Origin: Takakia lepidozioides
Taxonomy: Eukaryota; Plantae; Bryophyta
Reading direction: 5' to 3'
DNA: 64,000 nucleotides
NCBI GenBank assembly: GCA_030704615.1
Contig: CM060734.1
Location: forward strand, 15,810,001 to 15,874,000
Part shown: positions 1 to 12,668 of the stretch, piece by piece
How the letters are laid out: each line of letters starts with the position of its first letter
Position numbering within the stretch: position 1 is the stretch's first letter
The notes under the pieces: model-generated
The model's input: only the letters and a program-made list of their open reading frames with translations
Databases searched by the model: none
What the model was told of the DNA's origin: nothing
Made by a program: the position numbers and the translations under genes

Positions 1-2530
1 ATTGTGGGATGTGCAGAATTGTCCAATCCGTCTCTACTGGACCGAGCAGTCTGCAATGGCTGGGTCTGAGGAACCGGAAATGCATGGGCCGGGATGTCTG
101 TGCGTTGCACCATTCGAAATCTTGCTGCAGATAGAGCATCCGCCTCATTCTGAGAGAGGCTGCAACCCGGTGCAACAGGCCAGACGCCCGGAGGCTCCGG
201 CATTCCCTGAATCCCGTACTTGGGCTTGCCAAATACACAGGTCATTATGTCGTGCCTACAGAACCAAAATGTCTGCGTTGTGGCGTGAGCAAATGTGGGA
301 GTCAAAAATTTGCCGCTGAAACAAGGTGCAGGTACAGCACCGTGTGGGTTCCTCCGAATCATCTCACCACAGCGTGCTCTCGTATCCACCCGGATGGCGC
401 AACACTTCCCTCGAAATGCCGGCAATGTCCTCGCAATTCTCCACTGTGACTCCGACACTCTTGTCTCCACAATGGGAATGTTGTATTGCTTTACTACAGA
501 TGGCTCGTTATGTTGCCGGGGCACGTGCCCTGTGCTCAAAGGAGATGGCGATCTTGAACGTGCAGGACTTGCGGTGCTCGACGAGACCTCCTCGGACAAC
601 ATCACCGGACCACGAGGGAGCGTGCGAATATTCTTGTCAGCTCGCCATGAATCCTCTTCTCCGCCAGGTGCCTCGTCAAGTCTTCGTCTCACTGGACGGG
701 TATGAACATCTCTTTCCAAATGTTGGCCTCTTCGCAGCAATGGCGTGTCCCCGAAGGCCCTCTCGCAAGGCCGCCGCCCACTTCCGAGGATTCTTCGATC
801 TGGAGGCAGTCCGCATCAGCATTTCCTGCCTGTCCGGCCCAAGCCCCACTGTTTCCCTTTCAAGAACTCGTTGTACCTGCATTGCTGCATAATTGACCTC
901 ACAATGTCCTCCGTTGTGGCAGTGAGGATGTCCACCAGATGCGCCGCAGAGGAGGCACGCCAGGAAGAGTGCACTGATTCGACCATGTTTGGTGTCGTGG
1001 GCATGTCGGTGTCGGAGTCGAGACACATTTCCTGCACAAGCACATGTTCAGGTTACAAGCAAGTTACAAATATAGCCAAGAATAATATCCAACGGGACGC
1101 GAATTCGTGCAACTCACCTCCCGCATATAGTCGCCGAACTGGAGGAAACGATAATGCCACCATGCTAGCCAACTGACCATTGCTCCTTCGTCTGATTTCC
1201 TTACAGCACCTGACGATGTCCACCAAGCCCGTATGCATGCAAACTGTGTCTCTGCATCATCCAAGGTGGGAGCGCGCTTCCACGCAAGGCACATGGAACG
1301 GTGCTCCTCTCTGAAATCTGGCGCCACGAGCCTGGTTGTGTACTGCGAAAGGCTCTGCAGAAAATGGAACCCACAAGATCTCTCCTTGCCTTCCATGGGA
1401 ACATTGGGGTCTTGCCCGTACACCCTTCGGATGGCAGCCCAATTTGCTTGTGCGTTGTCCGCCATGAAACCACGGAAATTGGGAGGGGGCAATCCCGCCT
1501 TGGCCATCTGTTCGTTTATTCCCTGCCAAAGAAGCATCTCCGATTGTGTGTCCTCTCTTTTCATCTCACAAATAGCAATTGTCATTAGCATCCTGCAGTG
1601 GGTGTCGTAGACATGTGCACCCATTGTCACCCACTGGTGATTTGTAATTCGCTTGATATGGTCGAACATGACCCAACTGTTTGACAAGTTCCCACTCGTC
1701 ATCCTGTCGACCAGTTCGACGCCACTGCCAGGTCCACACGTGGACATTTTGAATACGAAACAACGATCTGCCTCAGTCCCTTGTCCTGGAAACCTACTTC
1801 CATGAATGTAGTCATATCCACATTGTCGCTTCACCTCCAGAATGGAGTGCATATCCGAGCCACGCCCAATTTTCTGTTTGCATGAGACAATGTGGTTTCG
1901 GACATTCGGTGAACATACGTGGGACACCGACTCCAGCAATGCCTCCATTTCCTTCTCGTCGAGAGGAACTCTATCGGAGCCGTCTTCCGACATAATTCTG
2001 GCCAATGCCATCTTCCGACATAATTCTGGCCAATGCCATCTTATGGGCGGCTTGGAGCTGTATCTGTTTGGGTTTGGCACCCGGTCTCAACTTAACCTCC
2101 TCCTGAACGAGCTGCTCTGCTTCGTGGGCAGCCTCCCGCGAGTTCCCCCTCGCCAATTTGTGACAATGGGAACCAACGTGTATGCAAGCTCGGGTGAGGT
2201 CAGGGAAACGGTGCAACACATAGAACTGCTTGGCATTACAAACAGACATGCAGTGTGGTGGTTCTTTGCAATGCGCACACTTAAATGTGGAGTTCGGAAC
2301 CTTCTCCTGAGCTCGAAATGGTTGGTGAGCTGTGCCTGTCCAATCGGTCTCGTTCCTGTGACCTCTGGATTTAAAGTGGAAGCAAATTGGGGAGAAACAC
2401 CGCAACGCGCCCGCACAAACAACGTAGCGCACCCGCACACCATCCAGCATCTTCATGCTGGTGGTTTTGGTAACGCACCAAGGATGACCGTCATGTTTTC
2501 TATCCATATCTGTCAACATTCCGGACGCCC
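1..2530 (-). pseudogene. Mutator-like (MULE) DDE transposase with N-terminal GCM/WRKY-like Zn domain, copy 1; frameshifted, 5'-truncated, runs off left edge
   Basis: Cys/His-rich N-terminal region (DGHPW..RYVVCAGALRC..CAHC..C..HVGSHCH). MULE core MFDH..FMADNAQANWAAIRRVY..SCGFHF, then TTPNMVESVHSSW (third catalytic E) after a GT-AG intron at 1032-1117. A 28-bp tandem duplication at 1983-2038 breaks the frame. Confidence 0.8.
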
Positions 2531-4179
2531 TCGAGTAGTCGAGCAGAAGGGGAAAGCCAAGAAGAGGGCTGGCGGTACAGAGCCTAAAGACACCCCTGGT
2601 TTTGAAGCCATGATGGAATTCTTCACGGCTGTGAGCACGAATTGCAAGAGCACTCGGGGGGGGGGGGGGGGTGAGGTGGAGAGAGCTTGCGACATGATTC
2701 TCCTCGACATTCCAGATGGGGAGCTGCTGGAGGGCCTGGATGGTGTGCCCACCTGGAACAGGTTTACTGAGGACTACTGGAAAGCCGGGTTTGGGCTGGC
2801 GGGGATGCTTCTGGATGACGGTGGATGTGTGGTTGTCATTGCCACGAGAGGGAAGACCACAGAGAATGCGGTGGCAAGGTGGACACCGAAAAGTGTCACC
2901 CCGGTCCTCCTCAGAAAATGGTTCTGCATCAGTACGCAGGGGTTGCGAACAGAGGGCCAAAGTGTAAGTTATCAATCTTTTGCATTCACTTCATATTGTG
3001 GTGTATGTTAAGTAGACCCTGGAGTTGATCCCTTCTTTGTTGGATGTGCAGACATTGGTGTTTGAGGCATATTGCTTTGTGAAGAGAGGGTCTACGTTCA
3101 AATTCCGCAACAACGGTCGTCTTGTTGATGCCGCTGTGGACCCTGTAACCTATGATGTCCTCTACAACTATGTGCCCCACTCTAGTATGCCGAAGGACAC
3201 AAAGACAGGCAAACCGTGGCGGTACAGCTGGACCCGGAGCCCTGCTTTCATCCAAACCCTCATGGAGACGTGCTCGGATGTCCAAGGGCGGATTCTAGAC
3301 CTCACATGCGGCACGGGTAAGCCTTCACGTGCTCAGTTTGTCCCCTGGCCCGACTGCAATTGCATGCCGCAAGCTATTAACCGCCCGCTTTGTTCCTCAG
3401 GTGCTTCAATGTGGGCAGGGACGTTGTCCGACAGGCATGTGTTCGCCTTCGAGCCAGATATTGCCCTCCACAACTCGGAACTTGCAGCGGCTGAACGTCT
3501 GCCGAAAGAGGAAGAGGCATCCTCGGAGGATGAGGAAAAATCTGAGAAGGAGCAAGGGGAGGAAGTTGGGATCGAGGCCGAGGAGCCCCCCGGTTTACGA
3601 GTGAGTGGTGGCATTGTAAGTTGCCTCCAGATTTCATGAGGCACCTCCCTCCGCTCTCTTATTTCATTGAAAACCCTTTCTGGTTGTGCTGGTATTGACA
3701 TTCTTGAAGTGGATTTGTTCTTACTGTAGGATGCCAAGTACTGCCGGAGGGACGTCTACACCGGAGTTCATGGGCAGGAGGAACGTGCCTTTTTTTGCCA
3801 GGGGGATTTCATGCCTAGTCCAGAAAGGGAGTACATCCTTCCTACTTATGCTGCCCGGCTTGCTTCGGTGTCCATTAGGAGGTGTTCCGAACGTAGTCGT
3901 GTACAGCAGATTTTATACGAGGCAAGCCTCAAGAAAATGAAGATGAGGGAGGAGGCAGCAGCTATTAGAGCCCGTTGGGCTCGTAGATTTGTCTTGGATT
4001 CTGCTGAGGAAAGTGGGGGAGAAGACGCAGAAGATTCCCAGGAGGTGAGGTGGACAGTCCCCCAAGGAGAGGACGGGATTTTTGAGAGGCATAGTGGAAC
4101 TGATGCATCACAGAGCTCGGAGGATGAGGGGGATGCGGAAGAAGGTGGGGCAAGTTCCTCGGAGGGTGTAGGAGAGTAG
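2530..4179 (+). CDS. Spliced beta-class amino-(N4C/N6A) DNA methyltransferase-like protein with acidic C-terminus; exons ~2530/2610-2963, 3052-3316, 3401-3600 (or 3615), 3730-4179
   Basis: Motif IV-like DMILLDIPDG precedes motif I-II-like ILDLTCGTG|ASMWAGTLSDRHVFAFEPD (consensus VLDPFxGSGTTxxAAxxxGRxxxGxE), which is the beta order. Three GT-AG introns join in frame with no stop up to TAG at 4179. The 5' end is uncertain. Confidence 0.72.
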
Positions 4180-4401
4180 TGGCCATTCCGGCTATGACAG
4201 TTAGAACACACTTGTATAGACGTGGCTTGCCACAAAATTTGCAATAAAATGTTGCATTTCAAGTCCACTGGTGCCACATTCCAACTTCACATGACCCTAT
4301 TTCCGTGCCTCCTAACCCTATTTCCGTGGACTCACAATGGTCTGCTCATGCTTTTTTTTTTTCCGCTCATGCTCATGCCGCTCATGAAATAGCAGCCCCC
4401 G

Positions 4402-5255
4402 AAGTAGAGACTAAGGAAGAATCTCCGTGCGATGTAGTTTTATCTTTGGTTAAAAAGCTACAGTCTCTGCTTCCCAAGTCAAGAGAAAATTATATGGACA
4501 AAACATTCATATAGCTGGGCACGTAAGAGTTCATAAATTACAGGTGTTCTTCAACCGATGCCAATAAATTACTGCACATTTTTCCACCATATCAGCCAAC
4601 TTTATGGTTAGAACCGTTTTTCCAAAGGTATGAATAAGATCTTGTGTTCTTCAGCCAGTGGCAGTAGTCTACTGCCCGTGATTCACAACATGAACATGTG
4701 AATAAAAACATTGGCAGCAATCTGCTGCCCATCTTTTTCACCATATCAGCCAGCTTTATGGTTTTAAAACCAGATTTCCTTAAGGTATGAAAAAGGACAT
4801 ATCACGTTACACCTGGGCATTTTTTTAGTGGTGCTATAAAGAGCAAACCCACATCCAGGAGAAGTATTAAAGCCCACGAGTAGGGAAGGCTTTTCATCAT
4901 AAGGGATCTGATGCTGACATAAGGCATCAACTACAAGTTACCAGTTAACAGGAGTAATGTGCATTGACCGGATCATGTAGAAGGTGTACACACATACTCT
5001 AACAGGCTGTTTTACCCGGGCCTAGCTCATAATATCAGTATGCAAGAAACCCATAGATGTTCTTCAAGTAATATCAGCAATGCCTTTCTCTCGTTGTCCA
5101 ATCCGCCAACAAATTTTTGTCGGAGAGGATCATCATACCTTATGAGGGATTTGTTGCTCCACGCTATTGTTATGGAGGTATAGGGGGCTGATACCCCATG
5201 GCTTTCCATTAAAGGTGTTAGTACATCATAGTAAGAAAACTGGAAAATGGCAGGT

Positions 5256-5286
<31 letters not shown>

Positions 5287-8200
5287 TGTACAGAATAAAG
5301 AGGGAAGATACTATGTCTTGTCGGGACATGGACAAGACCAAACAAGATCTTTGTCAAATAAACGACAAATCAGCCTCATAACAAGGCACTATCTAACTTC
5401 ACCTTCCATAGGCAGTATCTTACCTGATAAAAACTCGTGTCATCTTCCTGAAAACACATGAAAAAAAAAATTAGGGTGGGAGGGTGGGATTTCCAAGACA
5501 ACCATCGCCCTAGATTCAGATGTCATTCATCATTGAAGGAGTCTTGTTTTTCTTATAAAACAATCGGGACAAACACCACCTTTGGTACATACCAGATCAA
5601 CATAAACACTTGAGCCTTTGAGAATGAGTTGCAGGTGTTGCAATTCCAAGAGCCCAGCCTGATAATGTAGACCAGCCAGCATGCTATGTCTATGTTCCAT
5701 GAATGCACAAAGGTCTGGATCTGGTTTTCCAATCATCGATCTCCAAAACTCAATCAGAGTGGAGTGCTACAATGAGCATAATCAGAACTTTATAGACAAC
5801 ACCAGCTCAAAGGGTATTCCAAAAGGCTAGTTTGATAAGTTAAACCAGCCCCTATGTATTTTGAAAAAGCCCAACAAGACCACTGCTTGGTATTCTTCCA
5901 AGTCAAGTACAGCTTGGTACTTTCCAAGTTAACATAGTAAAACTGAACCTGTTTCAAATTCAAAGGATGGTTCGCAACCTTAAAACAGGTGTTATGTAAT
6001 CTGAAAAGCCCATCACGCCAGCTGCTTGGTAATCTCCAAGTTAGAACAGTGTAACCAGGGCTGTTTTAAATTTAGAACTCTGACCTCAATGTTCAAAAAG
6101 TATCGCTTGGTACTTACCGTGTTAAATCAGCATAAGAAGGCCTATCTCAAGCATCATTGGATAGCCTTATAAGGTCTGGAGATGGTACTCCAGCAACATA
6201 TCAAAATGCACCCGAAGCTCAGACTGGTATCATGCCAGAAAACTGATTTACAATCAGGTTGAAAACCCCACTAATATGGTGCCAAAGTTCAGACTGGTAT
6301 CATACCAGAAAACTGACTTATAATCAGGTCACAACCCATAAAACCAAAAAGGATTAAGGTTGAGAGGCCGAATCGTATCAGATGCCCCACTGAAGCAGTA
6401 TGTAGCGTCAATCGTCACCATCGCCAAGTCCTTTGATCATCTGCAAACTGGAAAAATACACATCCAGTGAAGACCCTCACCTGTGCCCGTCCCAAAAACC
6501 ACCACATCAAGATGTGTGTCAGTGAGGATGCACGAGGCGAGTAGCAGGTCTTCACAGTTGCTATCCATGTCCAACATGCATTCTACAGTGAGCAAATTGA
6601 TCAAAAGTAAAACATAGATGCGACACCACAAAGAACTTTAATCGTTTGTGGAGTGGGACGCTGCGGCATTCAACACCTGAATCTCAAGAGATCACAGCAG
6701 AATGCAACAAATTGGGATACTTGAGGACAAATTGCATATTTTACAAAGTGCATGATACTTCCCCCATCACCTTATGAGCGCCGCTGCTTCACGAATAAGA
6801 AAGATTGCAGGCAAACAAAGCAGTAGGTCATTTGCCAGTGCGGGAAATGGAAGAGTCTGCCGCCATCGCGCAAGAAAAAACAAAATGCACGCGCATCGTG
6901 ATGCTGGAGCACTCAGCTCAGCCGCCATCGCCATCCTCCAGAGAAAACAAGCACGAGTATCGTGCCGTGCTTAGGGCAGAGAGGCGGTTAGCAAACCATC
7001 CCGCGATTTCATCCACTGGGATGAAATGTTGCACTTCATTAGAGTTACAACTGTCAGGGTAGCATCCAGGATGGATGTAATCCGTCATGGATGAAAAATT
7101 GCAGGCTACATCCTTAGTGGTAAGGCTCGAGACAATAATTCATCAGTCAGGTATTATACCTGGCATATTTTTCATCCGGTATGGATGAAATTCAAAACAT
7201 ATTCCATTAGGGATTAGAAAGAAGGTATTTCCAAACCAGGTAGGCTTAGGAAAATAATTGTTAATCCCAAACAGATAATTGGAGAGAGGGAGAGAGGGGG
7301 CGCCCACCATCCAACCCCTGGTATGGCAGTCCCTTATGGAGTGAGTGTGGTATGCACTCACCCCGTAAGGGAGTGCATACCGGACCCATTCTCATAAGGC
7401 TCTCCCTCTACAATGTAATTCTGTCCTTGGACTTGAATACCAAAAAGATAAAAGGTCTACATTCTCTCTGCCCTCAGATCACGAGTGAACATTGGCATAG
7501 CATAAATCAAACTTGGCGAGAATATAGAGTCATGCCTTTTCCGTCTTACCTCTTATCTTGTCAACAAGCTCTTGTAAAGAAGTAGAGACCAAGGAAGAAT
7601 CTCCGTGCGATGTAGTTTTATCTTTGGTTAAAAAGCTACAGTCTCTGCTTCCCAAGTCAAGAGAAAATTATATGGACAAAACATTCATATAGCTGGGCAC
7701 GCAAGAGTTCATAAATTACAGGTGTTCTTCAACCGATGCCAATAAATTACTGCACATTTTTCCACCATATCAGCCAACTTTATGGTTAGAACCGTTTTTC
7801 CAAAGGTATGAATAAGATCTTGTGTTCTTCAGCCAGTGGCAGTAGTCTACTGCCCGTGATTCACAACATGAACATGTGAATAAAAACATTGGCAGCAATC
7901 TGCTGCCCATCTTTTTCACCATATCAGCCAGCTTTATGGTTTTAAAACCAGATTTCCTTAAGGTATGAAAAAGGACATATCACGTTACACCTGGGCATTT
8001 TTTTAGTGGTGCTATAAAGAGCAAACCCACATCCAGGAGAAGTATTAAAGCCCACGAGTAGGGAAGGCTTTTCATCATAAGGGATCTGATGCTGACATAA
8101 GGCATCAACTACAAGTTACCAGTTAACAGGAGTAATGTGCATTGACCGGATCATGTAGAAGGTGTACACACATACTCTAACAGGCTGTTTTACCCGGGCC

Positions 8201-8427
8201 TAGCTCATAATATCAGTATGCAAGAAACCCATAGATGTTCTTCAAGTAATATCAGCAATGCCTTTCTCTCGTTGTCCAATCCGCCAACAAATTTTTGTCG
8301 GAGAGGATCATCATACCTTATGAGGGATTTGTTGCTCCACGCTATTGTTATGGAGGTATAGGGGGCTGATACCCATGGCTTTCCATTAAAGGTGTTAGTA
8401 CATCAGTAAGAAAACTGGAAAATGGCA

Positions 8428-8461
<34 letters not shown>

Positions 8462-10217
8462 TGTGTACAAAAACCACTGAGTACACTGGTCAAGAATAGA
8501 GAGGGAAGATACTATGTCTTGTCGGGACATGGACAAGACCAAACAAGGTCTTTGTCAAATCAACGACAAATCAGCCTCATAACAAGGCACTATCTAACTT
8601 CACCTTCCATAGGCAGTATCTTACCTGATAAAAACTCGTGTCATCTTCCTGAAAACACATGAAAAAAAAATTAGGGTGGGAGGGTGGGATTTCCAAGACA
8701 ACCATCGCCCTAGATTCAGATGTCATTCATCATTGAAGGAGTCTTGTCTTTCTTATAAAACAATCGGGACAAACACCACCTTTGGTACATACCAGATCAA
8801 CATAAACACTTGAGCCTTTGAGAATGAGTTGCAGGTGTTGCAATTCCAAGAGCCCAGCCTGATAATGTAGACCAGCCAGCATGCTATGTCTATGTTCCAT
8901 GAATGCACAAAGGTCTGGATCTGGTTTTCCAATCATCGATCTCCAAAACTCAATCAGAGTGGAGTGCTACAATGAGCATAATCAGAACTTTATAGACAAC
9001 ACCAACTCAAAGGGTATTCCAAAAGGCTAGTTTGATAAGTTAAACCAGCCCCTATGTATTTTGAAAAAGCCCAACAAGACCACTGCTTGGTATTCTTCCA
9101 AGTCAAGTACAGCTTGGTACTTTCCAAGTTAACATAGTAAAACTGAACCTGTTTCAAATTCAAAGGATGGTTCGCAACCTTAAAACAGGTGTTATGTAAT
9201 CTGAAAAGCCCATCACGCCAGCTGCTTGGTAATCTCCAAGTTAGAACAGTGTAACCAGGGCTGTTTTAAATTTAGAACTCTGACCTCAATGTTCAAAAAG
9301 TATCGCTTGGTACTTACCGTGTTAAATCAGCATAAGAAGGCCTATCTCAAGCATCATTGAATAGCCTTATAAGGTCTGGAGATGGTACTCCAGCACCATA
9401 TCAAAATGCACCCGAAGCTCAGACTGGTATCATGCCAGAAAACTGATTTACAATCAGGTTGAAAACCCCACTAATATGGTGCCAAAGTTCAGACTGGTAT
9501 CATACCAGAAAACTGACTTATAATCAGGTCACAACCCATAAAAACCAAAAAGGATTAAGGTTGAGAGGCCGAATCGTATCAGATGCCCCACTGAAGCAGT
9601 ATGTAGCGTCAATCGTCACCATCGCCAAGTCCTTTGATCATCTGCAAACTGAAAAAATACACATCCAGTGAAGACCCTCACCTGTGCCCGTCCCAAAAAC
9701 CACCACATCAAGATGTGTGTCAGTGAGGATGCACGAGGCGAGTAGCAGGTCTTCACAGTTGCTATCCATGTCCAACATGCATTCTACAGTGAGCAAATTG
9801 ATCAAAAGTAAAACATAGATGCGACACCACAAAGAACTTTAATCGTTTGTGGAGTGGGACGCTGCGGCATTCAACACCTGAATCTCAAGAGATCACAGCA
9901 GAATGCAACAAATTGGGATACTTGAGGACAAATTGCATATTTTACAAAGTGCATGATACTTCCCCCATCACCTTATGAGCGCCGCTGCTTCACGAATAAG
10001 AAAGATTGCAGGCAAACAAAGCAGTAGGTCATTTGCCAGTGCGGGAAATGGAAGAGTCTGCCGCCATCGCGCAAGAAAAAACAAAATGCACGCGCATCGT
10101 GATGCTGGAGCACTCAGCTCAGCCGCCATCGCCATCCTCCAGAGAAAACAAGCACGAGTATCGTGCCGTGCTCAGGGCAGAGAGGCAGTTAGCAAACCAT
10201 CCCGCGATTTCATCCAC
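4402..10217 (+). repeat. Tandem array of a ~3.2-kb unit (about 1.8 copies; units start at 4402 and 7581)
   Basis: AGTAGAGAC(T/C)AAGGAAGAATCTCCGTGCG recurs at 4402 and 7581. The same short ORFs recur with a ~3200-bp period (5530/8730, 6437/9638, 6774/9975). Confidence 0.95.
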
Positions 10218-10218
10218 G

Positions 10219-12030
10219 CTGCAGATAGAGCATCCGCCTCATTCCTGAGAGAGGCTGCAACCCGGTGCAACAGGCCAGACGCCCGGAGGCTCCGGCATTC
10301 CCTGAATCCCGTACTTGGGCTTGCCAAATACACAGGTCATTATGTCGTTCCTACAGAACCAAAATGTCAGCGTTGTGGCATGAGCAAATGTGGAAGTCAA
10401 AAATTTGCCGCTGAAACAAGGTGCAGGTACAGCACCGTGTGGGTTCCTCCGAATCATCTCACCACAGCGTGCTCTCGTATCCACCCGGATGGCGCAGCAC
10501 TTCCCTCGAAATGCCGGCAATGTCCTCGCAATTCTCCAGTGTGACTCCGACACTCTTGTCTCCACAATGGGAATGTTGTACTGCTTTACTACAGATGGCT
10601 CGTTATGTTGCTGGGGCACGCGCCCTGTGCTCAAAGGAGATGGCGATCTTGAACGTGCAGGACTTGTGGTGCTCGACGAGACCTCCTCGGGCAACATCAC
10701 GGGACCACGAGGGAGTGTGCGAATATTCTTGTCAGCTCACCATGAATCCTCTTCTCCGCCAGGTGCCTCGTCAAGTCTTCGTCTCACTGGACGGGTATGA
10801 ACATCTCCTTCCAAATGTTGGCCTCTTCGCAGCAATGGCGTGTCCCGAAGGCCCTCTCGCAAGGCCGCCGCCCACTTCCGAGGATTCTTCGATCTAGAGG
10901 CAGTCCGCATCAGCATTTCCTGCCTGTCCGGCCCCAAGCCCCACTGTTTCCCTTTCAAGAACTCGTTGTACCTGCATTGCTGCATAATTGACCTCACAAT
11001 GTCCTCCATTGTGGCAGTGAGGATGTCCACCAGATGCGCCGCAGAGGAGGCACGCCAGGAAGAGTGCACTGATTCGGCCATGTTTGTCGTGGGCATGTCG
11101 GTGTCTGAGTCGAGACACATTTCCTGCACAAGCACATGTTGAGGTTACAAGCAAGTTACAAATATGGCCAAGAATAATATTCAACGGGACGCGAATTCGT
11201 TCAACTCACCTCCCGCATATAGTCGCCGAACTGGAGGAAACGATAATGCCACCATGCTAGCCAAGTGACCATTGCTCCCTCGTCTGATTTCCTTACAGCA
11301 CCTGACGATGTCCACCAAGCCCGTATATATGCAAACTGTGTCTCTGCATCTTCCAAGGTGGGAGCGCGCTTCCACGCAAGGCACATGGAACGGTGCTCCT
11401 CTCTGAAATCTGGCGCCACGAGCCTGGTTGTGTACTGCGAAAGGCTCTGCAGAAAATGGAACCCACAAGATCTCTCCTTGCCTTCCATGAGAACATTGGG
11501 GTCTTGCCCGTACACCCTTCGGATGGCAGCCCAATTTGCTTGTGCGTTGTCCGCCATGAAACCACGGAAATTGGGAGGGGGCAATCCCGCCTTGGCCATC
11601 TGTTCGTTTATTCCCTGCCAAAGAAGCATCTCCGATTGTGTGTCCTCTCCTTTCATCTCACAAATAGCAATTGTCATTAGCATTCTGCAGTGGGTGTCGT
11701 AGACATGTGCACCCATTGTCACCCACCGGTGATTTGTAATTCGCTTGATATGGTCGAACATGACCCAACTGTTTGACAAGTCCCCACTCGTCATCCTGTC
11801 GACCAGTTCGACGCCGCTGCCAGGTCCACACGTGGACATTTTGAATACGAAACAACGATCTGCCTCAGTCCCTTGTCCTGGAAACCTACTTCCATGAATG
11901 TAGTCATATCCACATCGTCGCTTCACCTCCAGAATGGAGTGCATATCCGAGCCACGCCCAATTTTCTGTTTGCATGAGACAATGTGGTTTCGGACATTCG
12001 GTGAACATACGTGGGACACCGACTCCAGCA
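10219..12030 (-). pseudogene. MULE transposase copy 2 (internal fragment, near-identical to ~124-1938)
   Basis: Direct sequence match to the start of the window. ORF 11201-12031 repeats the FMADNAQAN..CGFH core, with the same intron. Confidence 0.88.
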
Positions 12031-12039
12031 CAACGACGC

Positions 12040-12215
12040 AATGGCGTGAGCGCGCAAGCGTACGCTCACGCAGGAGTGACGTGGCGTGAGCGTACGCTCA
12101 CGCCAGCTGACGTGGCGTGAGCCTGCACACACGCTGACGTGGCGTGAGCGTCATGTCAGCATGCTGATGTGGCGGTAAATGATGACATGGCACTGTCCGT
12201 CATCTGCCACGTCAC
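12040..12215. repeat. GACGTGGCGTGAGC-type subterminal repeat cluster with palindromes; probable DNA-transposon end
   Basis: Repeated (T)GACGTGGCGTGAGC units and a perfect 24-bp palindrome TGGCGTGAGCGTACGCTCACGCCA at 12082-12105. Confidence 0.6.
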
Positions 12216-12668
12216 CATTAACATGCGCCGCCTATAACCGTGGATGGTCCTATGACCGTGGAATTAATGCAGGGAATCTTGCCTAAATAGAATCAAGACG
12301 AGCATTGAGGCCTACAATTGCAGCATCCAACATTGTGCAATTACAAATGTTTGTTTCACTTTTACAATTACGAGGACGACAAAATGTCCTCACAAAGTGT
12401 GCGCCATAAAGGCTGCCACGGGAAGACCTTCCTCCCTCCTCAAATAACAATGAGAGTTAGGATCATCTTCAAAAGATGATTGTAGTGCATAGCGACAGCA
12501 AGACATGTAGACTTCGAACGGTGTAATGACAAATGTGCACTACCTAAAAGTTATCACTCAGAGCTCACTCCATATAGTTGGAGGCCATATCATTGCACAG
12601 CCGACGAATTGATGTGAAATACACATTTCAAATCATGGTCATCCACATACCGCATTACATAGTTCATG

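Noticed and set aside
1842-3011. 389-aa plus ORF and overlapping 334-aa minus ORF as single real proteins
   Set aside because: Each is half antisense shadow. Recognisable motifs lie only left of ~2530 on minus (transposase) and right of it on plus (MTase-like).
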